64,000 nt of DNA from Candidatus Aenigmatarchaeota archaeon. GTDB lineage: Archaea; Aenigmatarchaeota; Aenigmatarchaeia; CG10238-14; SCSR01. Below, piece by piece: positions 20,357 through 29,898 of this stretch. The notes under the pieces were generated by a model. That model was not told where the DNA came from. It made no database searches and was given only the letters and a program-made list of their open reading frames with translations. A program made the position numbers and the translations under genes. How positions within the stretch are numbered: the stretch's first letter is position 1; each line of letters begins with the position of its first letter. Where the stretch lies: assembly GCA_038998585.1 (NCBI GenBank), contig JAVZGQ010000001.1, forward strand, positions 9,684 to 73,683, read 5' to 3'.

Positions 20357-21424
20357 TTAAAACAGTTCCAATATTTTCGAAGGATCTGCCTCCTCAAGCA
20401 AGAACTCGTTGCCTCTTTTTTTGAATTTTTCTAAAACTTTTTCTATGTTTGCATCCCCAGGCTCAAATTTTTTCAATTCTTTCATTTTTAGGGGTAAAGA
20501 TATAAGTCCGGTTTTAGAGTGTAAACCATAGGGGGTACGAACTAGACCCATAGGCTTCATACTCGAAGAATCTAGCAAAATTTTATCCCCTCTTTTTTCT
20601 TTGGGCAGGGTTTCAGAGGTTGTTACTTTCGGGATTTCTTTATCAACTTCTTTTTGAATTAATCTGACAAAATCTGCGAATAATGAGAAATAATTTTTTT
20701 CTCTCTTGTTTTCCCCTCTTAAGATCAAAGGCTGATATTTTTCAGGCATTTCAAATTTTTTTATTAAAGACCAAATCTGAAAGCCACGGGAGCCAGAAAA
20801 CTTCATGGCAGGCTTAAGCTTAAATCTTTCAAAAATTTTGTAAACTACTTCAGCAATTTCTTTTGTTTGTTGCCAAGAAACTTTTGGCCCAGGATCAATA
20901 TCAACAATAAGCCAATCAGGCCTATTCACGCCTATGCGATGTACGCATGGAATTACATCTATGCAATGGATGTTCACAAAAAACAACAGATCTTTTGGCG
21001 ACTTCAAAACAATTTTCTTGCCACGAAAATCTCTTCTGAAGAATCTCTGCTCTGTAAACAAACAATAAAATCCTACATAGCGATCTTTACAAAATTCAAA
21101 AACCGTTTCAGCAACATTTGGATAATACTCCTTAGCTTTATAAACAATTATCCAAGGTTGGTTAACTTTTTTCAACTCATCTTCAATTTTTGGCAACAGT
21201 TTAGCAAAATGTCCTTTTCCTTCTTGAGTCACACCATACAAACCTTTAACTTCTTCTAAAAAACCTTTTTGAATCAAACCATTCAAAATCTTTTGAATTT
21301 CTTCTTCTGAAGAAATTTTCAAATCTCTAGAGAGTTTTTCTTTCACATGCTTAAAATCAACCCTTTTGCCAACACCTTTCATTGAAAACATCAAAAGGAG
21401 ATAATCTTCCGGCTTAGCTACCAT
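20357..21424 (-). CDS. LigD-type archaeo-eukaryotic primase/polymerase domain with N-terminal winged helix
   Basis: PDWLIVDIDPG, KFSGSRGFQ, ILLD, RTPYGLH.KTGL.S.P. Confidence 0.75.
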   Translation of the reverse strand: MVAKPEDYLLLMFSMKGVGKRVDFKHVKEKLSRDLKISSEEEIQKILNGLIQKGFLEEVKGLYGVTQEGKGHFAKLLPKIEDELKKVNQPWIIVYKAKEYYPNVAETVFEFCKDRYVGFYCLFTEQRFFRRDFRGKKIVLKSPKDLLFFVNIHCIDVIPCVHRIGVNRPDWLIVDIDPGPKVSWQQTKEIAEVVYKIFERFKLKPAMKFSGSRGFQIWSLIKKFEMPEKYQPLILRGENKREKNYFSLFADFVRLIQKEVDKEIPKVTTSETLPKEKRGDKILLDSSSMKPMGLVRTPYGLHSKTGLISLPLKMKELKKFEPGDANIEKVLEKFKKRGNEFLLEEADPSKILELF

Positions 21425-21571
21425 AATTTAAGATTGGAAAAAAATTTAAATATAAAACATTAAGTTCTGAAAGTTCTTTAGGATTATTCCTAGTTTTGAA
21501 AATTAAATTTGCTAGTAAAAATTATTTCCTTACAGTGTTTTTGCCCGACAAACTTTGGTTTAAATAGTAAA

Positions 21572-22435
21572 ATGGTCAAATTAAAAACTGTGAAATTTAA
21601 CCAGAATTTAGCAACTATATATGGATATCTTTGCACAGATGGTTATGTAATAACTAATCCACCAAGTCAAAAACATAAGTATTATTGTATTGGTTTAAGA
21701 AATAAGAATGAAATAATTTTACAAGATTTTCAGAAGAATTTTGAAAAAGCATTTGGGATAAAACCAATAAAAGAAAAAGATAGATGTAAACTCCAAAATA
21801 AAAACTTATTTTTACAACTTACAAAAAATTTTTCATTCTATTCTGTATTCTATTCTGATAAGTGGGGTATGTCAAAACTTTCTTTAGAAGAATTAAAATG
21901 TCGGCTAAGAGCTTATTTTGATTGTGATGCATGAGTTGAGTTTCAAAAAGGTAAAAGTAGATCAATAAGATTAGAATCTATTAACAAAAATGGTCTAGAA
22001 CAAATTAGAACCTTTTTATTAAAGTTTGGGATTAAACCCTCTGATGCGAAGAAAATAAAGAATAGAAATATTTGGCATATTTATATTTGTAGTAAAGATA
22101 ATCTTCTAAGATTCAAAGAAAATATAGGATTTTTACATCAAGATAAAAATAAAAAAATCTTAGAAACTATCAACTCATATAAAACTTATGAATGGATAAT
22201 ACCAAATAAAAGAGAAGAATTTATCGAATTTATAAATAAAAAAGATAGGTTGAGAAACGACACTAAAGATATTAGATTCTTTTCAATACTCAAAACTAAT
22301 TTAATAAAATTAAGAGATAAGCTAATGGATTACAACTTTAATGTATAAATATATGGCCCATGGAAGAATAATAGAGGGAGAATTTATTATTGTTTATCTT
22401 TTAAACAAAAAGAACTAATTAAATTAAGGAGGTGA
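21572..22435 (+). pseudogene. Free-standing LAGLIDADG endonuclease-like pseudogene
   Basis: IYGYLCTDGYV and LRAYFDCDA motifs, F.ENIGF; in-frame stops at 21932 (TGA) and 22346 (TAA); frame ends overlapping the rtcB start. Confidence 0.75.
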
Positions 22436-23927
22436 GAGAGATAAGTCTAAAAGAAAAATTGAGAAAAATTAGGCCTTGCATATGGGAATTGCCAAAAGAA
22501 GCCAAGCAAGGTATGAAAGTACCAGCATGGCTTTTCTTGTCAGAAAAACTTTTAAAAGAAGTAGAAGACGGAGCAATAGAACAAGCAGCCAATGTTGCTT
22601 TTCTACCAGGAATTTACAAGCATAGCATAGCACTCCCCGATATGCATTTTGGATATGGATAGAGCTTAGCTTCCCAGAATTCCAATAGGGGGAGTGGCAG
22701 CATTAGACTACAAAGAAGGCGGCTTGAGCCCCGGTGGCATCGGATTGGATTTAGATCCACGAAATTGACATAAATTGTGGGGTTCGCCTCCTTCGCACAA
22801 ATCTAACAGTAGATCAAATTAGACCAAGGCTTAAAGATTTGCTAGAATCGATTTTCAACAATGTTCCCTCTGGAGTTGGTGAATTTGGTAAGATTAAGTT
22901 AAGCTTTTCTGAGCTTGATGAAGTTCTGTTTAAAGGAGCAAGGTGGGCTGTTGAAAAAGGCTATGGGACTGAAAAAGATTTGGAACATTTAGAGGAAAAC
23001 GGTTGTATTAAAGGCGCAAACCCAGAAAGAGTTTCTATCCAAGCTAAAAAGAGAGGTGCTCCTCAGCTTGGTACTTTAGGAGCAGGGAATCATTTTCTTG
23101 AAATTCAAGTTGTGAATAAAATATTTTTACCAGAAGTTGCGAAAGTTTTTGGAATAGAAAGAGAAGGACAGGTGTTTGTAGAAATCCATACAGGGTCAAG
23201 AGGGTTGGGACATCAAGTTTGTGCAGATTACCTAAAAATTTTAGAATCAAGGTTTAGAGATGAATTGAGAAAATTACCTGATCGTGAACTAGTTTATGCC
23301 CCTGCTGGAACTCAAGAATGTGAGGATTATTTTTCTGCAATGGCTTGTGCTGCAAACTATGCTTACACCAATCGACAAGTGATAACTCATTGGGTAAGAG
23401 AAAGTTTAGTTAAGGTATTAAAAATGAAACTAGAAGATATAGGGCTTGAAATAGTTTATGATCAAGCACACAATCGTGGATTTATCGAGGAACATAAAAT
23501 TAACGGTGAAAAGAGAAAAGTCTTTGTGCATAGAAAAGGTGCTAGTCTTGCCTTACCACCAAATCATCCCAATCTACCTCCAGAATATAGGAAGACAGGT
23601 CAGCCGGTATTAATTCCAGGTTCTATGGGGAGTGCATCATATGTATTGGTAGGTCAGGAAACAGGAGAAATAACATTTTATTCTACTGCTCATGGTGCAG
23701 GAAGAGTCGAATCAAGATCGAGAGCACTTAAACAAATAAGAGGAGAAGAAGTTGCGAAAATGCTCGAACAAAGAGGTATACTAACAAGGGCGGCAAGTTG
23801 GAAAGTTCTTGCAGAAGAAAGGCCAGAGGCATACAAGGAAATAGACGAAGTAGCACGAGTTAGCGATGAAGCTGGGATAGGAAAGCGTGTAGCTCGTTTT
23901 GTTCCTCTTGGAGTTGTAAAAGGTTAG
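22432..23927 (+). CDS. rtcB: tRNA-splicing ligase RtcB, split by two 19-nt introns (exons 22432-22660, 22680-22745, 22765-23927; 485 aa)
   Basis: Spliced product reads PDMHFGYG|FPIGG...SPGGIG|FDINCGVRL; GTLGAGNHFLE, HTGSRG, HRKGA, HGAGR. Confidence 0.95.
22661..22679 (+). other. BHB-like mRNA intron 1 of rtcB (19 nt)
   Basis: Helix ATGG/CCAG (3 of 4 bp), bulges ATA and AAT, exon helix TTGGA/TCCAA; removal gives GGA T|TT CCA. Confidence 0.85.
22746..22764 (+). other. BHB-like mRNA intron 2 of rtcB (19 nt)
   Basis: Helix TCGG/ACGA (3 of 4 bp), bulges ATT and AAT, intron stem GGAT-ttag-ATCC; removal gives GGA T|TT GAC. Confidence 0.85.
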
Positions 23928-24339
23928 CTAAAGACAAAAACAGCTTTTTCTTAAATAATTTTTCTTTAATAGTTAATAGGTAACTTACTAAGCAAATGAC
24001 AGATATCTTTTTTACTTTTAATTTTTACAGCATACAAATTAATTCCTGCAGCAAATGGCTCAGCATTTTCTTTTAAGTCTGTGAAGAAGTCAAAGTTATC
24101 ATAAATGGAAAAACACTTATGGTAAAAAATAGATTTAGAACTCATTTGGTTTGGGTAGGAGTGATTAAAGTTTTAGAGATATGTGGGATTTCGAATGGAA
24201 AATAGACCTTTAATTTTTTGTATTCTTCAAAAAGTAGGATAAATCTCTTATTTTGGATGATAATGAAGTGTTTTAGAAAAGACTCTAGTTGACTACTATT
24301 TTTTTGAATTTATAAATTAAAAGTTTAAGCTCTAGAGTA

Positions 24340-24477
24340 TTATCTAAAACTAGCTTCCATTTTTTTCATCAATTTTTTAGAATGGTATTCGCACTCATAG
24401 CAAACCCACTCATCTAAAATTTTAGTTAAGCTTTTGTTTCCACAATTTGGACATCTCTTTATTTTAAATTCACACAT
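24340..24477 (-). CDS. Small zinc-ribbon protein (45 aa), not in ORF track
   Basis: MCEFKIKRCPNCGNKSLTKILDEWVCYECEY...; CPNCG and CYEC. Confidence 0.6.
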   Translation of the reverse strand: MCEFKIKRCPNCGNKSLTKILDEWVCYECEYHSKKLMKKMEASFR

Positions 24478-24523
24478 AATATTAACCCACTATAAGAAAA
24501 TTAATTTGAAAAATTTAACAATT

Positions 24524-24943
24524 TTAAATGTCCAGAATAACTCTAGCTTTCCAAATTTCGTTCTTTTTGATTTCCATTTTATGATATGTGCAGGCTTTAA
24601 CATGAGTTCTTGTTTCATGTTTTTCTCTATCCATAAATTCTCCTTTACATTTAGCTTTTAAGCTTAAATTTTTTTCATCAACTTTTACACTAAATTTTGA
24701 GAAGGCCAAATTTTCTGCATCTACAAAAACCAACAATTCATTCAACCAATTGAAGAGAAGTGATTGGAGGTCTTTCCCGTTCAATTCAATACTTCTTTCT
24801 ATTCTCGCTTTTACTTGTTTTGTGTTTATTATGACCTCAAACATCGCTAGTGCTGCATTGGTAAATAATTCATCCAGATTTTTACCATAAGCTTCAAAAG
24901 CAACATCACTCGTTGTTATGTCAACAAACTTAAATTTCTTCAT
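24524..24943 (-). CDS. Archease (RtcB cofactor)
   Basis: DVAFEAYGK.L.ELF.NAA.A, VKACTYH, ILDI C-terminus; near rtcB. Confidence 0.92.
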   Translation of the reverse strand: MKKFKFVDITTSDVAFEAYGKNLDELFTNAALAMFEVIINTKQVKARIERSIELNGKDLQSLLFNWLNELLVFVDAENLAFSKFSVKVDEKNLSLKAKCKGEFMDREKHETRTHVKACTYHKMEIKKNEIWKARVILDI

Positions 24944-25240
24944 ATTAAATATTTTTTCATTAAAAAATTAAATTCAAAAGAAATGAAAAATGATTTATAT
25001 GGTCTTTAGAGCATAGATTTCGAAAAAGCTTTTATTCAAAAATATTAGGTAAGTCTTGAGAATTTCACCAGAAAATTGTAAAAAAGTTTAAATAGGTTTT
25101 GTTAGAATTATAAATGATTCTTCTTCATAAAGCAAATTGATAAAAAATCGAAAAGATTAAATATTTTGAATTAAATAAGTTTTTTGAATTGGTTGATGAC
25201 TTTTTCTTTTTAAAGGAAACTTGGGTGAAGAGGTGAGAAT

Positions 25241-26812
25241 TTGGTAGAAGAGAAAGAGAGTTTTTTATTGACTGAAATACGAAGAGAGAATGAAGCAAGG
25301 ATAAGGGCCTTGGGAAGTGGTGATATTAATCATATTGATTTTAATAAAATTTTTATATGGTCATATGTTGACGATGTCTATGAACAATTTTTGGATGCCG
25401 TGGAGAAGAAGAATGAAATTGAGGCTAAAAACTTAATTGAAACAAAAAAACAAATTCTCCATTATTTTTACGATCAACTTCATAAATTATATGAAATAAT
25501 CAATCTTTCAAGTGTTTCTGTGACAGGAGAATTAAAAGAAAAAGATGAGACAGAAGAATCGAGGGTAAATAGCTTAAAAGAAAAAAGAAGAGGACAAATA
25601 GATAAGGCACGTAAGATGATTTCACAATACTTAAAGTATGTTGAAGAATTAGAGAAAAATTTAGACACAGATCCTGAGGCTTTAAAACATTTGGGCACTT
25701 TCCTTTATTTGGCAAATGAGAGGGCTTATGCTTCTTCTCAAATAATAGATGCTACTTTGGACAGAACTTGTAGAATTCTAGAAATGACTAAAGAAAAGGG
25801 ACCAGACGAATACCCGAGACAAATTGAAGAGTTGAGAAGAAAAGCCATTTCAGCGTTAACCCGCTATATATCCTCACTCGAAGCTTCAAAAGAATTTGAT
25901 AGGATTCATTCTTCCGAAGGAGAGGTCTTCGGTGTACACGGAGAGTATTATCATGATTATCTTGGAGAAGGTAATTTAACATTGGGTTTTTGTGAGCCAA
26001 TAATCTTTAACATAACACTCATGGATTTAGGTGAAAAAGACTTAGAGAATTTGAATAAAAAGATAGAAGATGTGGCGAAGGAGTATAAATTAAGTGATGA
26101 AATGAAAAATAAAATTTTAGGTAAAGTTAAAGGAGCAACCGATTTGCTGAAAGATTTTTATGGGTTGAGCAATATAGACTCTATTCTAATCGATGCAAAT
26201 ATGCTTTACATTATAGCAAAAGAGAGGGGGAAATATATAAAAGAATTCTTTAAAAGGGGGAAGTGTCATGCCATTCCTCTATTTCTAATCCACACCTATG
26301 AAGAGCCATATTTTTATCAAATAGTTGACATATTAGTTAGATTTGAAAGTGAGAGGCTGGGCTCTCCAATAACATTAAAAGAGCAAGTGGAATTGGCCGG
26401 AAGTTGGTATCTGAGCAAATATTCTTCAGTCATTAACGAAATGGCAAAAGCGGTCGTTGATTTAAAAGATTCGATAAAATTGACAAAAGACGTAATACAA
26501 TATCAAACTCTTCTCAATTATTTGGAAAAAATTGACAAAGCCTCAAAAGAATTCTTAACCCCTTCAGGAATTTTATTAATTGCTGAAGATGGCAAACCAT
26601 ATAAAATAACAAGGGAAGAGTTTCGGAAAATTATAAAGAATATAAAATCTGGCGTCGAGGAGTACAGGAAGAATCGAATTTTCCCAGATGGAATGGAAGA
26701 AGATATCAATAGAGCATTAGAGTATACAAAAAGAGCCTTTAATCGAGCTAAAGAAGCCTATTTTAAATTAAAAACACCAAAGAAGACTGAGGAAACTCTT
26801 TTATACTTGTAG
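25241..26812 (+). CDS. Hypothetical helical protein
   Basis: 523-aa ORF with SD GAGGTGA; no recognised motif. Confidence 0.7.
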   Translation: MVEEKESFLLTEIRRENEARIRALGSGDINHIDFNKIFIWSYVDDVYEQFLDAVEKKNEIEAKNLIETKKQILHYFYDQLHKLYEIINLSSVSVTGELKEKDETEESRVNSLKEKRRGQIDKARKMISQYLKYVEELEKNLDTDPEALKHLGTFLYLANERAYASSQIIDATLDRTCRILEMTKEKGPDEYPRQIEELRRKAISALTRYISSLEASKEFDRIHSSEGEVFGVHGEYYHDYLGEGNLTLGFCEPIIFNITLMDLGEKDLENLNKKIEDVAKEYKLSDEMKNKILGKVKGATDLLKDFYGLSNIDSILIDANMLYIIAKERGKYIKEFFKRGKCHAIPLFLIHTYEEPYFYQIVDILVRFESERLGSPITLKEQVELAGSWYLSKYSSVINEMAKAVVDLKDSIKLTKDVIQYQTLLNYLEKIDKASKEFLTPSGILLIAEDGKPYKITREEFRKIIKNIKSGVEEYRKNRIFPDGMEEDINRALEYTKRAFNRAKEAYFKLKTPKKTEETLLYL

Positions 26813-26834
26813 ATTGTCGACCAACTCGGTCTTT

Positions 26835-27140
26835 TTATATGTATCTATATTTTTCTATTTGTACTTTTTTTCCTGATTTGAGGGCATCAATAGCGGCAAT
26901 TAAGACCATTTCTGCTTCCTCTAAGCAGTTTTCTATAGCTATGCTGTTATGATCAAAGCGAGGTGAATAAGCGATAGCTCCTGTTTTATTTTCTTCATCT
27001 ATACTCAAGCATATCATTGGACTCTTTGACTTTAGATTGACTTTTTCTAAAATTTTACTAATTTCCTCAAAGTCTCCTGAAATCACGTAGTTTGGTGGGT
27101 ATGCCACATATTCCCCGTTTCTTTTTAGTAGTTGCGCCAT
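26835..27140 (-). CDS. Hypothetical protein
   Basis: 101-aa ORF with AT-rich promoter-like upstream region. Confidence 0.55.
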   Translation of the reverse strand: MAQLLKRNGEYVAYPPNYVISGDFEEISKILEKVNLKSKSPMICLSIDEENKTGAIAYSPRFDHNSIAIENCLEEAEMVLIAAIDALKSGKKVQIEKYRYI

Positions 27141-27321
27141 AATAATTAATTAATTCGAAAAGTTTATAAATATTTATTTATTAGAAATTTTACAAAAATT
27201 TTTTATTGAAAATACAAAATTCACACCCTTTATTTTTACATTATCTTTTAATTTCTCATGGCGGTTCATCATTTGAAGTTTAGTTATTTAATTAAGAATT
27301 ACTAACATATTTTAGAATCAT

Positions 27322-27975
27322 ATGTTTAAAAGCAGGAAAGGTCAATTTTTTCCCTATCTAGACACAGCACCAAGAAAGAGCTATCCTATTTTAACAACCT
27401 CCCTTATAGTCTTGAATGTTCTAATCTTCTTTTGGAGCTTAACAGACTATGAAAAAATAATCTATACTTTTGGTTTCATTCCAATTAAATTTTCTGTTCT
27501 AACGCTTTTCACTTCCATGTTCTTACACGGTGGTTTAGACCACTTGTTTGGAAATATGTGGTATCTCTGGATTTTTGGCGATAATGTTGAGGATAGATTG
27601 GGTAGGATTAAGTTCATTTTGCTCTATTTTCTTTCGGGCCTTTCAGCAGCCTTTTTCCAATTCTTAACAGATCCTTATTCCACCATCCCAAGCATAGGAG
27701 CTTCTGGGGCAATTTCAGGCATACTTGGAGCTTACTTATTTCTATTCCCAAAAGAGAAAATTTTGACAAATGTCCAATACGTTCTTATAAGAGTCCCGGC
27801 TTATGTTGTCATAGGGGTTTGGTTTTTGATTCAATTTATCTTTGGTACAGCTAGTTTGCTTGGAGGAATAGGGAGCAATATAGCTTTCTGGGCCCACATA
27901 GGCGGCTTTTTGTTCGGCCTAGCTTTTACTAAACTCATTGTAAAAAAGAGAAGAAATCTAAAGCTTGAATTTTAA
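27322..27975 (+). CDS. Rhomboid intramembrane serine protease
   Basis: SMFLHGG..HL.GNM, GASGAISG, AHIGGF. Confidence 0.93.
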   Translation: MFKSRKGQFFPYLDTAPRKSYPILTTSLIVLNVLIFFWSLTDYEKIIYTFGFIPIKFSVLTLFTSMFLHGGLDHLFGNMWYLWIFGDNVEDRLGRIKFILLYFLSGLSAAFFQFLTDPYSTIPSIGASGAISGILGAYLFLFPKEKILTNVQYVLIRVPAYVVIGVWFLIQFIFGTASLLGGIGSNIAFWAHIGGFLFGLAFTKLIVKKRRNLKLEF

Positions 27976-28788
27976 ATCTATTTTTTTGAAAGTCTGAAGC
28001 ATCTTCAAGCTATCTTGTTCAAGAATGGGGGATTCAGAAATTATTGTTATGTTAACCCTTCTTTTCAAAATTTCTTCAGCCAAAGGTTTAAATGGAGGAT
28101 GAGAATTTACGGGTATGTGAACATCTAAAAATTTTTTTGTATTGAGATTGTATTTGGCGTTTGAAAAGTGGGAATAGATATGGTCAAAATCTTTCAGCTT
28201 TTCCAGAATTCCTACATAATCAATTTTCCCATTATTTCTCACAAACAAATGAGCAAAATCGACGTTAATTGTGAGTTGTTTAGAGTTAACTTTTTTCACG
28301 AGCTGGAGCAGCCCATCTAGATCAGCAAACTGGCTTTCTTTTGCCATGGTTTCGTAGGCTAGTAAAGGATTTTTTATCCCATTTTTTCTAGCCTCTTCCA
28401 ATATTTCTTCTGTTATATTTACCATCCTTTCCATAGCATCTTCTTTCGATAAGCCCCCATAGTAAGCGGCATGTACCACAATGGCTTTAGCTCCCATTCT
28501 ATCTGCTCTATCTAAAGATTCTAAAATCCTTTTCTTAGAAGCTTCCACCGTCGTTTTCTTGTCTGAGAGCAAATTTATGAAATAGGGTGCATGGACAGTA
28601 AGGCTTATTCCATAGTCTTTGGCGATCTTTCCGATTTCTTCTGCTTTTTTTTGATTCATATAAATATTTTTCACAAATTCAACTTCCATCGCATTTAACC
28701 CAAGCTCAGAAATTTTTCTTATTCCACCTTCTGTTGTTCTATCTTCAGCCACAGTCGGAATTCCAGCAGGGCCGAGAAATATCCTCAT
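27958..28788 (-). CDS. nfo: Endonuclease IV-like (AP endonuclease 2, TIM barrel)
   Basis: GPAG.P, MEVEF, HAPYFINL, DFAH, ISESP. Confidence 0.85.
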   Translation of the reverse strand: MRIFLGPAGIPTVAEDRTTEGGIRKISELGLNAMEVEFVKNIYMNQKKAEEIGKIAKDYGISLTVHAPYFINLLSDKKTTVEASKKRILESLDRADRMGAKAIVVHAAYYGGLSKEDAMERMVNITEEILEEARKNGIKNPLLAYETMAKESQFADLDGLLQLVKKVNSKQLTINVDFAHLFVRNNGKIDYVGILEKLKDFDHIYSHFSNAKYNLNTKKFLDVHIPVNSHPPFKPLAEEILKRRVNITIISESPILEQDSLKMLQTFKKIDLKFKL

Positions 28789-28820
28789 AAATTATAGATG
28801 AATTTGAAAAGAAAAATACC

Positions 28821-28976
28821 TTAGCCAAAAAATTTGAGCAAGAGTTCCAAAGCTATTATTCCAACAACAATAATTACAACGTGTTCAGGCTTTATAGTAA
28901 GCATCTCTTCCTCTTCTTGATACCTAAGTAAACCACCTGTACCCATAGGCATGTAAATTCTATCTCTTCTCGCCAT
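28821..28976 (-). CDS. secG: Preprotein translocase subunit Sec61-beta (SecG)
   Basis: MARRDRIYMPMGTGGLLRYQEEE...IKPEHVV plus TM segment. Confidence 0.85.
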   Translation of the reverse strand: MARRDRIYMPMGTGGLLRYQEEEEMLTIKPEHVVIIVVGIIALELLLKFFG

Positions 28977-29005
28977 AATTTATCTTACTCATTTTAAAAA
29001 TAAAA

Positions 29006-29265
29006 AGGCGTGCTGGTTATAGCCCGTCTTTTGTTTAAGGTAGCATTTGTCTAAGCGTATCAAACTTGCACCTCACAGGGGCACCGATCCGTTTCATCTT
29101 TCTCTACCCCAACTCCGTTTTCTTCATCGTTACCGAGGTAGGAAAGTCTCGTTTCTGATATCGGTGCTACCTTCTCAGGTAGGCAGAGCCACCCTCTCAA
29201 GGTGGACGGAACTTCCTCAGCCTTTCTTTGATAGAAAGGCCGAAGCTACCCAACCAGCTCGCCTA
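29006..29265 (-). ncRNA. rnpB: RNase P RNA (compact, about 260 nt)
   Basis: GAGGAAGTTCCGTCC and AACAAAAGACGGGCTAT P4 halves; terminal helix AGGCG.GCTGGTT/AACCAGC.CGCCT. Confidence 0.9.
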
Positions 29266-29303
29266 ATAATTTACTGAGAAAAAGTATTTATAAGATTTAT
29301 GGT

Positions 29304-29894
29304 TCACTCTTTTTCAAAATCTTCAACTTTAATTTTGTAGTCTTTTTCTGATTTTATTTCTTGCCTTTCTTTCAATATCTCACGAGTGAGTAACCAAAGC
29401 AAAGTTGCCAAGGCCCTTTTCCCTTTGTTGTTAGCGGGAATTACGAGGTCTATGTTTCTTGTTTCATTGAAACTATTGCACACGGCTATCACAGGAACCC
29501 TTGCTTTTACAGCTTCCTCCACAGCCTGTTTATCAATCATAGGGTCTATAACAAAAACAACATCAGCCTCCATGTATTTTTCAAAAGAGGGATTTGTTAG
29601 AGTGCCTGGCAAAAATCTCCCGACAAAAGCCTTGGCCTTTATTAGTTCAGCAAATTTCTCCACACCTTTTTGTACTTGGCTTTTCTTGCTCGCCACAACT
29701 ATATTTTTTGACCTTGCCAAAAATTTTGAAGCAATTCTTATTCTTTCATCAATCTTCCTAAGGTTTAAAACAGCTAGACCATCGGGTCTTATCTTGAAGA
29801 TGAACTCTCTCATGTTTTTGGTCCTTAGCTTCATTCCCATATGTATTCCAGACGACAAATATTGTTGCCTAGGGATTAAAAGTTTTGTCGGCAT
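29304..29894 (-). CDS. rps2: 30S ribosomal protein S2
   Basis: YL.SGIH.G, R.DGL, GRF.PGTLTNP, IPANNKG. Confidence 0.95.
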   Translation of the reverse strand: MPTKLLIPRQQYLSSGIHMGMKLRTKNMREFIFKIRPDGLAVLNLRKIDERIRIASKFLARSKNIVVASKKSQVQKGVEKFAELIKAKAFVGRFLPGTLTNPSFEKYMEADVVFVIDPMIDKQAVEEAVKARVPVIAVCNSFNETRNIDLVIPANNKGKRALATLLWLLTREILKERQEIKSEKDYKIKVEDFEKE

Positions 29895-29898
29895 TTGC

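Noticed and set aside
21932..21934. In-frame TGA at a likely Trp position as evidence of stop-codon recoding
   Set aside because: The same frame also contains a TAA, and many intact genes here (e.g. rnhB, asnS, lhr) end in TGA; simple decay is more likely
23930..24330. Short open stretch on the - strand downstream of rtcB
   Set aside because: No clear start or motif; cannot support a call
29047..29277. 76-aa ORF on + strand
   Set aside because: Antisense to the RNase P RNA
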